In this document: piece by piece, positions 32,685-33,718 of the stretch
Numbering within the stretch: position 1 is the stretch's first letter
Layout of the letters: every line of letters starts with the position of its first letter
Origin: Dehalococcoidales bacterium
GTDB taxonomy: Bacteria; Chloroflexota; Dehalococcoidia; Dehalococcoidales; E44-bin46
Length of the DNA: 33,718 bases
Reading direction: 5' to 3'
Assembly (NCBI GenBank): GCA_036481135.1
Contig: JAZGHN010000071.1
Span: forward strand, 1 to 33,718
Notes under the pieces: model-generated
Databases searched by the model: none
What the model saw: only the letters and a program-made list of their open reading frames with translations
What the model was told of the DNA's origin: nothing
Translations under genes and position numbers: made by a program

Positions 32685-33718
32685 TTATAATCCCCAGCCG
32701 GCTCTCAAAGCACTTGTTATTTGACTCACTGCCTCTGATTCAGATTTCGTAGTCTCTTTTTTACTCTTTTTTTGCGACCAGACTGTCTCATTTCTTGTTT
32801 GAAGTATGAATATACTATCGGGGAATTGTTGTCCTTTTGAGATAGCCCATTCAATGTCCTGTGGAGTCCCATAGTGATTTTCAATTTTTTTTGCCAGCTT
32901 GCCTAAGTATATTGCTTCAATCTCATTCAAACAAGGCTTATTCTTTTCTTTATCCTCGGCTTTCCTTTGCACAATTCCACCATCAGGATTGATCACGGTA
33001 CTAACTTCTTTTACAGATACATCTACTCTTATTACTTCGAGAGGCTCTTTTTTCAATAAAATCCTATCCGGTGTCACAGAACCCGATACCAATGATTCGC
33101 CAAGCCCCCAATTCCCCTCAATGAAGATTTTATTTTCTTCCCCACTGACCGGATCCAGCGTAAACATCACCCCCGCCGTTCTGGGATTAATCATCTGTTG
33201 AACAGCTACGCAAACTCCTGCGTTCCTATACCCTATTCCCTTAACGGCACGATATTTAATTATTCTCGGTCCAAAAAGACTACTCCAGCATTTCTTAACA
33301 GTTTTCAATAGTGCCTCTTCATCATTGACATTCAGAAAGGTATCGAATTGCCCGGCAAAACTCGCATCAGCTGAATCCTCTTGTGTGCCACTACTGCGAA
33401 CAGCGGCAGCCCTGATGAATTTTTCCTTACCCATGAGTTCATTATACGCCTTTTTGATCTCCCCACTTATTTCATCTGGAATTTTGGCTTGCTCAACAAT
33501 ACTCCGTATCCTCTTTGATGCCTCACTGATTCTATCCGTATCGGATAAATCCTTCTGCAGATTTTCCATTATCACATCTATACTATCATCTATATCTGTA
33601 GCTTGAATGAGTTTTATGTAAGCCTGAGTAGTTATTGCAAATCCATCAGGAACCGGAATACCTATGGATCTCAATTCCCCTAGGTTAGCGCATTTCCCCC
33701 CCACAAGAGCTACATCCG
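32685..33718 (-). CDS. Stand-alone PEP/pyruvate-binding (PPDK_N) protein, phenylphosphate synthase beta-like; 5' end outside the window
   Basis: Frame is open to the window edge (DVALVGGKCANLGEL); VPDGF, AVRSS..EDS..ASFAGQ, VQQM, GVMFT, GLGE.LVSG, PQDIEW and LQTR.ETVWS; stops before any phospho-His domain. Confidence 0.9.
   Translation of the reverse strand, partial: DVALVGGKCANLGELRSIGIPVPDGFAITTQAYIKLIQATDIDDSIDVIMENLQKDLSDTDRISEASKRIRSIVEQAKIPDEISGEIKKAYNELMGKEKFIRAAAVRSSGTQEDSADASFAGQFDTFLNVNDEEALLKTVKKCWSSLFGPRIIKYRAVKGIGYRNAGVCVAVQQMINPRTAGVMFTLDPVSGEENKIFIEGNWGLGESLVSGSVTPDRILLKKEPLEVIRVDVSVKEVSTVINPDGGIVQRKAEDKEKNKPCLNEIEAIYLGKLAKKIENHYGTPQDIEWAISKGQQFPDSIFILQTRNETVWSQKKSKKETTKSESEAVSQITSALRAGWGL

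Noticed and set aside
193-33606. Numerous plus-strand ORFs in the track (e.g. 6508-7146, 8648-9190, 29272-29991) and short alternative-frame minus ORFs
   Set aside because: They lie antisense to, or inside, well-supported genes and show no recognisable motifs; treated as shadow ORFs.
1-33718. Selenocysteine read-through at TGA-terminated genes (nadA, thrC-like, cysK, permease, Mo/W enzyme)
   Set aside because: Each stop falls at the expected family C-terminus and the downstream frames give no sensible continuation.
1-33718. CRISPR array, tRNA/rRNA, transposase or integrase
   Set aside because: No regularly spaced repeats, cloverleaf or rRNA signatures, or recombinase motifs were seen; intergenic gaps are short.

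Overview
A gene-dense bacterial window with essentially every real gene on the minus strand. Gene content and order, especially the btuFCD-cbiB-cobD-cobT-cobS block, suggest an anaerobic Chloroflexota/Dehalococcoidia-like genome; this is inference. In transcription order (right to left) there are five blocks. (1) A stand-alone PEP-synthase N-terminal (phenylphosphate synthase beta-like) gene cut by the window edge, a C_GCAxxG_C_C protein and a cupin, then a terminator. (2) An unusual organic-acid catabolic cluster: divergent ATP-citrate-lyase/SucC-like beta subunit, ferredoxin-like gene, SucD-like alpha subunit, CitE-family CoA-ester lyase, Fe-ADH remnant, two-subunit Fe-S hydro-lyase with altered motifs, MmgE/PrpD protein, cytoplasmic acetylene-hydratase-like Mo/W-bisPGD enzyme and a DmsB-like subunit. 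A 13-bp tandem duplication fuses the DmsB-like gene to a downstream orphan ORF. (3) An Rrf2 (IscR/CymR-like)-headed sulfur/Fe-S operon: truncated MoaD-like ORF, cysK, cystathionine gamma-synthase/lyase, a Fet-like ABC permease/ATPase/redoxin/DUF2318 module, threonine-synthase-like PLP enzyme, NIL protein, cysteine desulfurase, Cys-rich-domain-ArsC fusion and a 4Fe-4S protein. (4) An unannotated 51-aa Cys-rich ORF with its own promoter, then MOSC, fdhD, nadA and an MFS transporter. (5) A DUF71/Dph6-like ATPase and a corrinoid uptake/salvage operon. No rRNA, tRNA, CRISPR array or intact mobile element was recognised. All family assignments come from motif recognition by eye, not from database searches.
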